The notes under the pieces are model-generated. The model was not told the origin of the DNA, did no database searches, and saw nothing but the letters and a program-made list of their open reading frames with translations. A DNA stretch of 64,000 nucleotides, taken from positions 1,280,001 through 1,344,000 of the forward strand of contig OY771587.1 of the NCBI GenBank assembly GCA_963674825.1. The letters are read 5' to 3'. Made by a program: the position numbers and the translations under genes. Positions 9,612-18,992 of this stretch are shown piece by piece; the stretch's first letter is position 1; each line of letters opens with the position of its first letter. This stretch comes from Candidatus Cloacimonadales bacterium (lineage in GTDB: Bacteria > Cloacimonadota > Cloacimonadia > Cloacimonadales > JAIOQZ01).

Positions 9612-12362
9612 TCATTGAATCATCAACATTTTACGCGTCGAGATATAGTCATCCGATTTCATGCGATAAAGATATATTCCTGAGCCGACTTGCTTACCGG
9701 ACACATCGTCGCCAAGCCACTGTACCTTATGCGTTCCATCGCCTACCTGGCCATCGAGCAACGTACGGATGAGCTGCCCCTTGAGGTTGAATACCTCGAT
9801 GGTTACGTGTCCGGATTCTTTCAGCGAGAAGCTGATCTCGGTAGAAGGATTGAACGGATTGGGATGGTTACCCAGTAGCTGTGTCAAAACGTCCGCATCC
9901 GGTACCTGACCGGGCTCGTCGTCACTGACAACCGTCACTTCGATCGGGCCGTACAGCTCGCTGTGCCCCGCTGCGGAAAGCGATTCCAGCCAGTAGTAGT
10001 ACGTCGATTCATACGCGACATCCTGATCTGCATATTCGTAGTTGGTCTCGGTCGCCTGATTCTGCGCCAGGATAAGCCCCGGATTGACGCGCACAGCTTC
10101 GTCCGTCAGGCAAACATCCGCGCGCAGAAGGTTGTAACCCAGCATATCGCTCTCGGACTGGCTTATCCACCGCACGACCACTTCGTTTTCGTCTGCGACG
10201 GTCGCGGTGAAGGATGATAACTGCACGGGAAGCGTTACCTCGAGCCACTCGGAGTTGCTGCCGCCATTTCCGGCGGAAGGCGTGATGGCTTCGCTTGTTG
10301 CGCTGGCGCTGATCCAGTTGGATGCCGAGGTTACGCCTGCATCGCTGCCGCTCGTGTAATAGACAGCGGTCGATGATCCCGGCCGAATCGCGGTGAAAGC
10401 GGGGTCATTGCCCTGATCCCAGTCGTGCACAGTTGTGCGGCTTACGCCGTCTGCCAGGATGGGATTATCGGTGCTGGTCGAATTGGAAAAGCCGGTCCAG
10501 GTTTCGTTCACAAACAAACTGGAAGCTGTATGCGGTGCAACGACATGCTTGTTGCCGTCGCCGGTTACAATCAGATCGTCGTCCGGCAGCACGGTATCGC
10601 GATCATAGCCGTTATAGACCACGATCACGGTTCCTTCAGGAACGGAACTCCACGGTGAACCTGCGCCATCCAGGAAGCTGAAGAATACATCGCTATCGTC
10701 GGAAAGCGTCCAGCCGCGCATATCGAGGTTGTCCTGCACCACAACGATTTCCACCCATTCCTTGCTGCCATCCGCGCCCTGCGACCACTCGTTGATAATC
10801 GCCGCCATCTCGGTGCTTCCACCCGCGGTTCCATTACCAGTCAGTGTAATTTCCAGCGTGGAAGCGCCTGCCGAAACGCATTGCAGATTCGCGTTGTAGC
10901 TCTGCTCAGCTCCAGGCGTAAAGCGAATGTAGATACGCTGGTTAAGCGACTGCCCGGAAGGACTCAGGATAAGCTGATCGGTATAGCCAGATCCGCTGCT
11001 TGCCGAAATCTCGAAGTCTGCCGGTGCGCTTACGGTCACATCATCGACCAGATTACTACCGGTGATGTCGAAATATACCTCATCGGAAGCCTGCCCGATG
11101 GTCACATCGCCGAAATCGTGCGCTGTTGGATTCGCGGACAGAGTTGGCGTTCCCCAGATATCCCATACGTATTCGGGATGATCGATGAAGGGATTGCGGT
11201 TGTGCTGATAGCTATCGTAGATAAGCTGATTGCGGGTTTCTTCCGCTGTAGAGACGGGATCTTCGGCGTGCCATTTCAGCAGGGTTGTGAGCTTTCCGTG
11301 CTCGCCCAGCAAGTCGCCTGTATCGGGATTGTCCGTATCGATCGCGTCCACCAGTTCCAGGTCGACCTCACCGTTATCGCCTTCGTAACGTACGGCCATA
11401 TAGAACATCATGCGCGCCACATCACCTTTGACCGCGTCTGGCGGTTCCCAGGTGTCTGTAGTCCAGTAGCAATCAGTCGCGCCGTCGCCATCAATGTATT
11501 CGTTTCCACCTTCCGCAAAGTCGCGATTGAGCTTCATGGTGTTGACGGTAGAATCTTCCGGTCTCAGGTGGTGCAAGTCGGTTCCGGGATATTCGTCGAT
11601 ATCGAAATTGCCATGGGATTTTGCCCAGACATGCTCGCGGTTCCAGCCATTGGAAGTATTAAAATTGTCTTTGGCGATCGACCAACCGGTGTAGATGCCG
11701 ATCACATTGTTCGAGTTCTCGGGATCTTCATCCAGAACCTGCAGCGCGACTCTTACTCCATCGTAGTCGAAAAAGGTATGCCCGTCGATGATATTGTGCA
11801 GCGCAGCTTTCAGCGCGGAGCCGGTCAGACCCGCAGCCGCCTCGTAGTATTCGCCGAAGTCCGTCATCACGATGTCGTCGATGTTACCGCGCTTGTCGGC
11901 TGTTCCAGAGGTAGCGGTAATCCGCACCCGGATATCGCCGGTCATGTTAATATCAGCACTCCAATAGGTAAGAGTACTTTGGAGGTTCGAGTTGAAATCG
12001 ATTCCGGCCTGTATCCAGTCGGTACCGCCATTGGTGCTGTACTCAACGCGGAAGGTCGGTGCGGTGCTGTCAGTACCGTATTTCGCGTAGTAGAGCGAAA
12101 TGGTCCCGATTCCACCGGATTTATCGGCCAGCATGGTCATGGAGCCGGCAGTCTTGATCCTTGCCGACTTCGTACCATTCTTTTTATCGTTGTCCAGCGT
12201 GCCAATCAGGGCGTTGTTCATGTTCCAGGAAATGCCGCTCAGTGTGACATCGCCAGTAGTATAAGAGGTCTTGCTTTCCGCTTCGAAATTCACCACATAA
12301 TCGGCGTTCAGACCGCCAACCAGCATCATAAGACAGAAAAATAACAGTATCGTTTTTTGCAT
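9612..12362 (-). CDS. Secreted endonuclease I-family nuclease with Ig-like, lamin-tail-like, FN3-like and FlgD/T9SS-like CTD domains
   Basis: Signal peptide; WNREHVW, DLHHLRP, KGDVARMMFYMAVRY and RNPFIDHPE motifs; IINEW..EWVEI; TLPVQLSSF; NHPNPFNP CTD. Confidence 0.9.
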   Translation of the reverse strand: MQKTILLFFCLMMLVGGLNADYVVNFEAESKTSYTTGDVTLSGISWNMNNALIGTLDNDKKNGTKSARIKTAGSMTMLADKSGGIGTISLYYAKYGTDSTAPTFRVEYSTNGGTDWIQAGIDFNSNLQSTLTYWSADINMTGDIRVRITATSGTADKRGNIDDIVMTDFGEYYEAAAGLTGSALKAALHNIIDGHTFFDYDGVRVALQVLDEDPENSNNVIGIYTGWSIAKDNFNTSNGWNREHVWAKSHGNFDIDEYPGTDLHHLRPEDSTVNTMKLNRDFAEGGNEYIDGDGATDCYWTTDTWEPPDAVKGDVARMMFYMAVRYEGDNGEVDLELVDAIDTDNPDTGDLLGEHGKLTTLLKWHAEDPVSTAEETRNQLIYDSYQHNRNPFIDHPEYVWDIWGTPTLSANPTAHDFGDVTIGQASDEVYFDITGSNLVDDVTVSAPADFEISASSGSGYTDQLILSPSGQSLNQRIYIRFTPGAEQSYNANLQCVSAGASTLEITLTGNGTAGGSTEMAAIINEWSQGADGSKEWVEIVVVQDNLDMRGWTLSDDSDVFFSFLDGAGSPWSSVPEGTVIVVYNGYDRDTVLPDDDLIVTGDGNKHVVAPHTASSLFVNETWTGFSNSTSTDNPILADGVSRTTVHDWDQGNDPAFTAIRPGSSTAVYYTSGSDAGVTSASNWISASATSEAITPSAGNGGSNSEWLEVTLPVQLSSFTATVADENEVVVRWISQSESDMLGYNLLRADVCLTDEAVRVNPGLILAQNQATETNYEYADQDVAYESTYYYWLESLSAAGHSELYGPIEVTVVSDDEPGQVPDADVLTQLLGNHPNPFNPSTEISFSLKESGHVTIEVFNLKGQLIRTLLDGQVGDGTHKVQWLGDDVSGKQVGSGIYLYRMKSDDYISTRKMLMIQ

Positions 12363-12457
12363 CGCTATCTCCAGAGTCTTGATTTCTCGGCGAACATAGC
12401 GTGCGGATGAATGCTGTCCAGATATTTCGATTGGTTAACGGGTTCTTTTCGGAGATT

Positions 12458-13375
12458 TCACTCGACGACCGGCAGCGTCACGCGCAGGTCATCAAGCTCA
12501 TTGTTTAGATAGCGTCGAATCAGATCGGCCACGGTACCGGCGTCAATCGACTCCATGCAGACGTGGTTGTCGCAGGTTTCGAGGGTTCCCTTCGAGATGA
12601 AACATGGCGAGCAATGAGGTGTGCAGGAGATCGTCAGTTGATCAGCATACGAAGATACAGCCGGCCTTATCAACCCGCCATAAATGATTGCCGCACGAGT
12701 TTCAGTCGCCCTGGCAAGGTGCATCAAGCCGCCCTCGAGCCCGACAAAGCAAGCACTTCGCTGCACGATTGCAGCGGATGTCCTGAGCGCTGTTCCTCGC
12801 CGATCGATCGCATCTGGAAGTAGCGGCGAGCGTTTGTCGCCGATCTGCACAAACGGCATATCCGGCAAAAGCTTGGTTAGCTCGACGAATTTCTCGAAGC
12901 CCCACTCCTTGCGATTCTGTGTGAATCCCATTTTGCCTTCGGGACAGATGGTGAGGTAGGTCTCGGGAAGTTCGATTGTGGCATCAGTTAATTCCTGCTC
13001 GGTAAGATAGATTCGCGGCGTGAGATCCACCGGCTCGATACCGATTCGCTCGGCCATCTGTGCCAGCAAAGTGGAATCCGTATGGGGCGTGACATGGTAG
13101 CCGGTTTTGAAATGCCGCTTGGTGGTCATAAGGTGCTTACGTGCCACGTAAGCGACGTCCGGATTACCGTAAAACAGGCTCTTGTGCGGCGTTTGCACCA
13201 CGATCTTTTTCCCCGGATACTTCTTCTTCAATCCCGGAATCAACGCGGACAGCATAATGCTGTCGCCGATCCCCTTCGAGAACGAATTGAGAAAGAGATA
13301 CTTCGGATTCAGATAGCAGTACAGCAATCCCGGTAGCTCCGAGATACGTTCTAATGTTTCTTTCCACTTGCTCAT
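12458..13375 (-). CDS. Glycosyltransferase family 9 (heptosyltransferase-like)
   Basis: GIGDSIM, KEW..F, D.RG, FVGLEGGLMHLA and CSPC..C...CM motifs. Confidence 0.85.
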   Translation of the reverse strand: MSKWKETLERISELPGLLYCYLNPKYLFLNSFSKGIGDSIMLSALIPGLKKKYPGKKIVVQTPHKSLFYGNPDVAYVARKHLMTTKRHFKTGYHVTPHTDSTLLAQMAERIGIEPVDLTPRIYLTEQELTDATIELPETYLTICPEGKMGFTQNRKEWGFEKFVELTKLLPDMPFVQIGDKRSPLLPDAIDRRGTALRTSAAIVQRSACFVGLEGGLMHLARATETRAAIIYGGLIRPAVSSYADQLTISCTPHCSPCFISKGTLETCDNHVCMESIDAGTVADLIRRYLNNELDDLRVTLPVVE

Positions 13376-13418
13376 CCATTCATCCTTTCCAAACGACCAT
13401 TTTGCTGTCCAGCATTTT

Positions 13419-13451
13419 AAAAGGGAGAGCTCCTCGCGGCAGCTCTCCCTT
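13419..13451 (-). terminator. Intrinsic terminator after the 13472-16870 gene
   Basis: 11-bp stem AAGGGAGAGCT/AGCTCTCCCTT with a short T run on the minus strand. Confidence 0.7.
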
Positions 13452-13471
13452 ATTGATGGTAACTAATGACA

Positions 13472-16400
13472 CTATTTCAACAGGAGCATCTTCTTTACAC
13501 AGACATACCGGCCATCGACCGTCATGCTCAGGAAATAGACACCCGATGCCACTTTTCGGTCCTGGCTGTCCATTCCGCGCCACACAGCCCGGTGCTCACC
13601 GGCCGGGTAATCGTCATCTACCAGCGTCTTGACAATCTGCCCCCGGATATTGAGCACAGTCAGCATCACATGACTATACTCTTTCACCGAGTAAGAAACC
13701 GTGGTCTCGGGATTGAACGGATTCGGCGTATTTCCCTTGAGGGCTGTGACATATGATTCCATGCCGGGATCACCCGTCGCCAGTACAATCACTTCCAGCT
13801 CAACCGGCTCCGATTCACCGGACGAATACACATTGGTCAGCGCGAAGGTGTGGGTTCCGGGTTCGACATCCTCGACGCAGAACGGCGATGAATCGACGAA
13901 TTCTTCCTCGATCAACACATCATTCTGGTAAATGTTCACGCCGAGGAACGAACGGTCGACAATACACTCTTTCCGAGCTGTGTTTCTCGTATCGTTCATC
14001 TCGTCCCAGTAGAGGCAAACCATGCTACCATCCACTTCCGCATAGGCGTTTTGAACCGGTGTAAGTGTCTCTAGCAGGTTGACATTGATCTCCAGATCCG
14101 AGGTGATATCGAAATTTTCGACAATATAATCATCGAACAGCGGTAGCGTTACGGTCAGATTGTAGATACCGTACGGCACATCGGTCAGAGTGACGACGCC
14201 ATCCAGCGGAACTTCACCGGAATAGATCTGATCACCAGCGAATTCGTATTGCGCGCCTTCAGGGCTGTCACCGGAATTGGTGGTGACGTTGATAGTGATA
14301 TTCGCGAACGGTTCTCCCGCGTCGGTACCACCAGACAGGCAGACCATGTAACCGTTGCGCATGCCAAAGACCATTTCCGGGCTTCCGTTGTCATCGATAT
14401 CGTCCACTGCGCGAGTACGGTCGATCGGCTGTGTCATGAGCGTGCTCCAGAATTCCGATGACTCGGAACCGGAAATAACAAGCGCCTGGCCGGTCAGCTT
14501 CCCACCAAGGATGTCGAACTGGTTGTCGCCGTCGAGATCGCCGATAGGTGTGCAGTCGATAAAGGTGCCGGCACCTGAGTACCAGGTTGTCGCAACGCCT
14601 GTAGCGGTATTGACCGCCACACAGATATCTCCGCCGACATAGGTCGGGATGACGTAATCCACATTGTTGTAAAAAGCTCTTTCAATGTGCGTCAGCAGAT
14701 CAACCTCGGTATATGTCCATTGCACATTGTCCTCATTATCGAGGCAAACAAGCTGTCCGCTAAAGGTACCGTAAACCATATCCTGAACACCGTCGCCGGT
14801 AACATCGCTGATATCGATGACCGCCCAGCAGGTGTTACTGCCAATGTTATGCAAAAAAATCACGGATCCGTCCGCTCCCGAAAGCAGCGAGAAATCGGCA
14901 TCGGAATAGTCGGACGACCCACCGCAGATGACATCCGGGATGTTATCTCCGTTCTGGTCATCGATCGAACTGACGGATGAACGGGCATATTCAAACTGCT
15001 CCATCCATTCGACACTGCCGTCGGTTCCGTTCAGAAGGAAAATCGCGCGTGGACCGGTTCCGTTGCCGTCATCACCTGATGATGCCAGGATGTCGCTGAC
15101 ACCATCCCCGGTAAAATCACGTCGGCCATCCACCTGATAGACCCAACCGCCATCGCCGATCTGATGCGTGTCATAGTACCACAGTAAGTCGCCGTTGGTT
15201 CCGTCCAGCGCAAAGATGCTGCGGCTTCCCCAAGCCGTTCCGATCACCACGTCGATCACTCCATCATTGTTAAGGTCATCGGTGATATCCAGCCCACGAT
15301 GATCGTATACAGAACCATACCCGATCTCGTCGATATCGGTATCGAACCGCCAGAAAATGTCGGCCTCACCGCTGCTATTTCCGTTCAGGCAATAGACGTG
15401 ATACTTGTTGTCGCAGACCACCACTTCGTCAATCCCGTCTCCGTTAATGTCCGTGAACTTCTTGATCGCGGTAACCTTCTCACCCCAAAGATTGGTCTGG
15501 AAATACCAGTATTCGGAGCCAACATCCTGCGTCATTTCGCCAATCGCAGCGATAACCGGGATGGTAACCGTCGCCTCATCCGCATCGTTGCAATAGATGG
15601 TGATATCCGCCCCGTTATCGCCGGGTTGATGCGCGTTCAGCCATATTCGCACCAGTACCGTGTCACGCGTGGCCAGCGTAATCGGGAAATCGGCTTCGTT
15701 TTCGTAGAACAAGGTGTTGTCGATCGAGATACCCGTAACAGAAAGATCCTGCGCGCCAAGATTCGCGAGCTGAATTGTTCGCCCGGTTATTGCGCCAAGC
15801 CGTACAATGCCGAAATCGAGCATGGTCGGTTCGTACTCAATCTCCTGATCCGCATAGATGCCGAATACTGCAAGCGAGATAGATTCACTCGGATTGACCG
15901 GGTCGTTGGATACGACTTCGCAGGTTCCCTCAATGACGCCAGCAACTTGGGGATAGCAGATAATATTGAAGTTGTAAGTGTTTCCCGGTGTGATGGTAAT
16001 CGGAAGATTTTCAGTATGATCAAACGATGCCTGCGTGGAATTGAAATCGGTGATAAGCAGGTCCGCGTTACCGGTATTGGTAATGGGAAGCGATATTTCC
16101 ACCGATTCGTCGATGACGATATTGCCAAAATCATGCTCATCCCATCCGAGCTGTATAGCTGGCGTACCCACGCCACCGAGATCGACCTTGTAAAGGTAGT
16201 CATTACCACCCTGTCCGTTGTCACAGTACCAGAGGTAGGTTCCGTCGAACACGATTCCAGCCGGATCGACACCCTCGGAGGCATGACTTTCGATCAGGCT
16301 TCCATCGGAAGGATCGATCTTGTAGAGTGCATCGCCCCAATAATCCGCCATCCATAGACTGCCATTCTCCATGCAAAGGTCCCAGGGCTGGTTATCGGGC

Positions 16401-16870
16401 GCCGAGAATTCATCGAGGATAGCTCCGGTGTCGTCGAGTTTGTAGATGTATCCATCGGGATCGTAATAGGTTGATACCCAATAATCTCCGTTATCCCAGG
16501 CGATACCCGACATATAGTGATCCGGCAGATTGAACTGCTGCAAGATGTTTCCGCTCATGTCGAGTTGATACGCGATCGCCGGATTGGAAGAACTTCCCGG
16601 ATGATCGGTTATCCAGAGGTGATCCCCATCCCAGGTCATTCCATAGGTGTCGTCCATGCTTCCTGTAAAGAGCAAGGTACTGGTTCCATCGGAGGGATCT
16701 ATCCGATAAACCTCGTCTCCATTAGCTCCGTACATACCACAGTAGAGGTATTCGCCGTCCCATGCAAGCCCCGATGCGTTCTCAGGGATGGGATACGTCG
16801 CAACAATGGTCCATTCGGCGAAAAGCACGCCGAACAGCAAAAATGTCAAACCCAGCAAAAGCTTCTTCAT
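13472..16870 (-). CDS. Large secreted protein: beta-propeller, two choice-of-anchor-D-like Ig domains, FG-GAP/PQQ-like propeller, Ig domains, FlgD/T9SS-like CTD
   Basis: RBS GGAGG then MKKLLLG signal peptide; repeated G(L/M/I)xWDG.LW blades; many DxNxDG Ca-binding motifs; NTPNPFNP CTD. Confidence 0.85.
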   Translation of the reverse strand: MKKLLLGLTFLLFGVLFAEWTIVATYPIPENASGLAWDGEYLYCGMYGANGDEVYRIDPSDGTSTLLFTGSMDDTYGMTWDGDHLWITDHPGSSSNPAIAYQLDMSGNILQQFNLPDHYMSGIAWDNGDYWVSTYYDPDGYIYKLDDTGAILDEFSAPDNQPWDLCMENGSLWMADYWGDALYKIDPSDGSLIESHASEGVDPAGIVFDGTYLWYCDNGQGGNDYLYKVDLGGVGTPAIQLGWDEHDFGNIVIDESVEISLPITNTGNADLLITDFNSTQASFDHTENLPITITPGNTYNFNIICYPQVAGVIEGTCEVVSNDPVNPSESISLAVFGIYADQEIEYEPTMLDFGIVRLGAITGRTIQLANLGAQDLSVTGISIDNTLFYENEADFPITLATRDTVLVRIWLNAHQPGDNGADITIYCNDADEATVTIPVIAAIGEMTQDVGSEYWYFQTNLWGEKVTAIKKFTDINGDGIDEVVVCDNKYHVYCLNGNSSGEADIFWRFDTDIDEIGYGSVYDHRGLDITDDLNNDGVIDVVIGTAWGSRSIFALDGTNGDLLWYYDTHQIGDGGWVYQVDGRRDFTGDGVSDILASSGDDGNGTGPRAIFLLNGTDGSVEWMEQFEYARSSVSSIDDQNGDNIPDVICGGSSDYSDADFSLLSGADGSVIFLHNIGSNTCWAVIDISDVTGDGVQDMVYGTFSGQLVCLDNEDNVQWTYTEVDLLTHIERAFYNNVDYVIPTYVGGDICVAVNTATGVATTWYSGAGTFIDCTPIGDLDGDNQFDILGGKLTGQALVISGSESSEFWSTLMTQPIDRTRAVDDIDDNGSPEMVFGMRNGYMVCLSGGTDAGEPFANITINVTTNSGDSPEGAQYEFAGDQIYSGEVPLDGVVTLTDVPYGIYNLTVTLPLFDDYIVENFDITSDLEINVNLLETLTPVQNAYAEVDGSMVCLYWDEMNDTRNTARKECIVDRSFLGVNIYQNDVLIEEEFVDSSPFCVEDVEPGTHTFALTNVYSSGESEPVELEVIVLATGDPGMESYVTALKGNTPNPFNPETTVSYSVKEYSHVMLTVLNIRGQIVKTLVDDDYPAGEHRAVWRGMDSQDRKVASGVYFLSMTVDGRYVCVKKMLLLK

Positions 16871-17061
16871 TTCGGCCTCCTTGTTTCCGGGACAATGTGT
16901 CTCAACGAAGATTGTATATCGAAGGGATTCATTGTCAAAGAATTTGTGATTTATGCCAAAACGAATCCGAGTATCATGTTCCACAAACAACTCGTACTTG
17001 ACTTTGCATCACTGAATCGGATTCGACCTGAATTGTTTTTTCCGCAACCATATCTTTGTAA

Positions 17062-17089
17062 TTGACACTTTTTGCACACTCGCTATATT
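17062..17089 (+). promoter_or_regulatory. Putative sigma70 promoter
   Basis: TTGACA-16 nt-TATATT upstream of the TPR gene. Confidence 0.55.
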
Positions 17090-17105
17090 AATAAACATAC
17101 AATCC

Positions 17106-18674
17106 ATGGAGATTGCCGGGATGGAAAATAGCAGAAGTATGCGTGAAGATATTGCACAGCAGCGTATCGCCCACTTGCGGGAACTTGCAGCGCAGGAAAA
17201 CGATCCGCAGGATAAGATCAAGCACCTTGCCGAGGCATTTGATTTACTTGATCAAGCTGATTTACCCGTAGAGGAACGAGAGAACGTTGTTCGCGAATAT
17301 ACCTTCGCAAACGAACGTCTCAACAGGCTTGATGAAAATATCGGGATCCTCGAATCCGAGATCGCGAACCTCCTTTCCGAAGATCTAAAAAGTGCTGCAT
17401 CATATTGGTTTATTGACCTGTCAAGATACTATTGTCTGACGAAAAAGTTCAGCAAATCGACCGAGACGATTCAACAGGGACTTCTGCTCTCTGAAGAAAT
17501 CGATAATGCCAGAACCAAGAGCGGACTGCTGCTTAACTACGGTCTGATCAACGTGACTATTAACGCGTACGACCGTGCACTGGAGAACTTCCTGCAAGTT
17601 ATCGATATTATCGAAGGAAAACCCAATCGAAAGCTGCTCATATCTGCGTACCTCAATCTAATCAACGTCAACAATAACCTCGGCATCTACGAGGACGCAC
17701 TTAAATTCGCTGACAAGGCAATCAAACTTGGCGAAGAACTCGATCTGAAAGCAGAACATGCAGCTGCCTATATCAACCGTGGTACTACGTATTCGAATAT
17801 GCGTCGATTCGACGAAGCAATTTCTGATTTCCACAAGGGAATCGAACTACTCGAAGAGTCTAACTTGATGCCGCAGTGGCTTTTGAATGGCTATGTCAAT
17901 CTAGCGAACATGTATATTCTCAAAGAACGCTACGACGAGGCCAACCAATGGCTCCAGAAGGCGTTACCCCTCACGAAAAGTACCTTTGACCCGAATCAGC
18001 AGGCATCGGTTCTCACGATCCTGGGTAAGCTTCACATCGAGAAAGATGATCTGAAAACAGCTTTGAAGTACCTCATTCAGGCCGAAGAACTGGTGGAAGA
18101 TCTCAACCTGAACGAAACCCGAACCCTCATATTCGAACAAATGGCTCGTCTTTATGGTAACATGCAGATGCAGGGAAAGCAGGCGGAATACCTCCAGAAA
18201 GTCATCGATATCATGCGCGACAGCTTCCCAGAAGACCTGAATAATCGAATCGCCAACCATAAGGTGCGTTGGGAAACCGAACGGAAAGAGCGTGAGTCTG
18301 AGCTTCTCCGCAAGAAAAACCAAGAATTGGAGCAGGTAAACGCCGAGCTGAAAGAGATGTATAACAAGCTTTCCGAAGCTCATGTTGAGATCCTCAAGCT
18401 GGAACGCAAGAACTCCATCTTCGCCATGGCTGTTACTGCCAACCACGAGATCAATCAACCACTGATGATCATCAAAGGCAATGTTGAGATGCTTGAGATG
18501 AAATACGGAAATGAGGAAATAGAACCTTACATTCACCGGATAGACAAAGCAACCATTCGCATCGAGCAGATTCTGACCCGCTACAAAGAGCAGCACGAAT
18601 ACAGCATGCAGAATTATTCCGACACTACGGAAATGGTTGTATTCGAGCAGAAAGACACTTCTTATGACAAATAA
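17106..18674 (+). CDS. Cytoplasmic TPR-repeat protein with C-terminal HisKA (DHp) domain and no HATPase domain
   Basis: Several TPRs (e.g. AYINRG..Y..M.RFDEAI), a coiled coil, and H-box AVTANHEINQPL about 70 aa from the end. Confidence 0.8.
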   Translation: MEIAGMENSRSMREDIAQQRIAHLRELAAQENDPQDKIKHLAEAFDLLDQADLPVEERENVVREYTFANERLNRLDENIGILESEIANLLSEDLKSAASYWFIDLSRYYCLTKKFSKSTETIQQGLLLSEEIDNARTKSGLLLNYGLINVTINAYDRALENFLQVIDIIEGKPNRKLLISAYLNLINVNNNLGIYEDALKFADKAIKLGEELDLKAEHAAAYINRGTTYSNMRRFDEAISDFHKGIELLEESNLMPQWLLNGYVNLANMYILKERYDEANQWLQKALPLTKSTFDPNQQASVLTILGKLHIEKDDLKTALKYLIQAEELVEDLNLNETRTLIFEQMARLYGNMQMQGKQAEYLQKVIDIMRDSFPEDLNNRIANHKVRWETERKERESELLRKKNQELEQVNAELKEMYNKLSEAHVEILKLERKNSIFAMAVTANHEINQPLMIIKGNVEMLEMKYGNEEIEPYIHRIDKATIRIEQILTRYKEQHEYSMQNYSDTTEMVVFEQKDTSYDK

Positions 18675-18820
18675 ATTTACTTTAAACAGCAATCACGATG
18701 TCATAGGGATTTGATCCCGAATCCATTGCAATTTTTCCAGTTATTGCCATCCTTCCTAATCGCATTTTGTAAGTATTTCGTTAGCAGCAGATTATATCCT
18801 GGCGATGTCAAAAAAAGAAA

Positions 18821-18848
18821 TTGACAGGACAGATGCGGAACATAGATT
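18821..18848 (+). promoter_or_regulatory. Putative sigma70 promoter
   Basis: TTGACA-16 nt-TAGATT upstream of 18993. Confidence 0.5.
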
Positions 18849-18992
18849 TATGGTGCTTTATATCGTGTGAATTGTATCTCTGCACGTGCAAATGGGTTAC
18901 GCTCAATAACCAGATAGAGCATTGATTGAAATAACGGAAAATGATTGGAATTCATTAAAATAGAAAGCAATAACTCAATCAAGGAGAACGAA

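Noticed and set aside
10881..12344. Long antisense ORFs (also 3922-5250, 15299-16357, 28102-29433, 47829-48956)
   Set aside because: Shadow frames opposite well-supported genes, with no recognisable motifs
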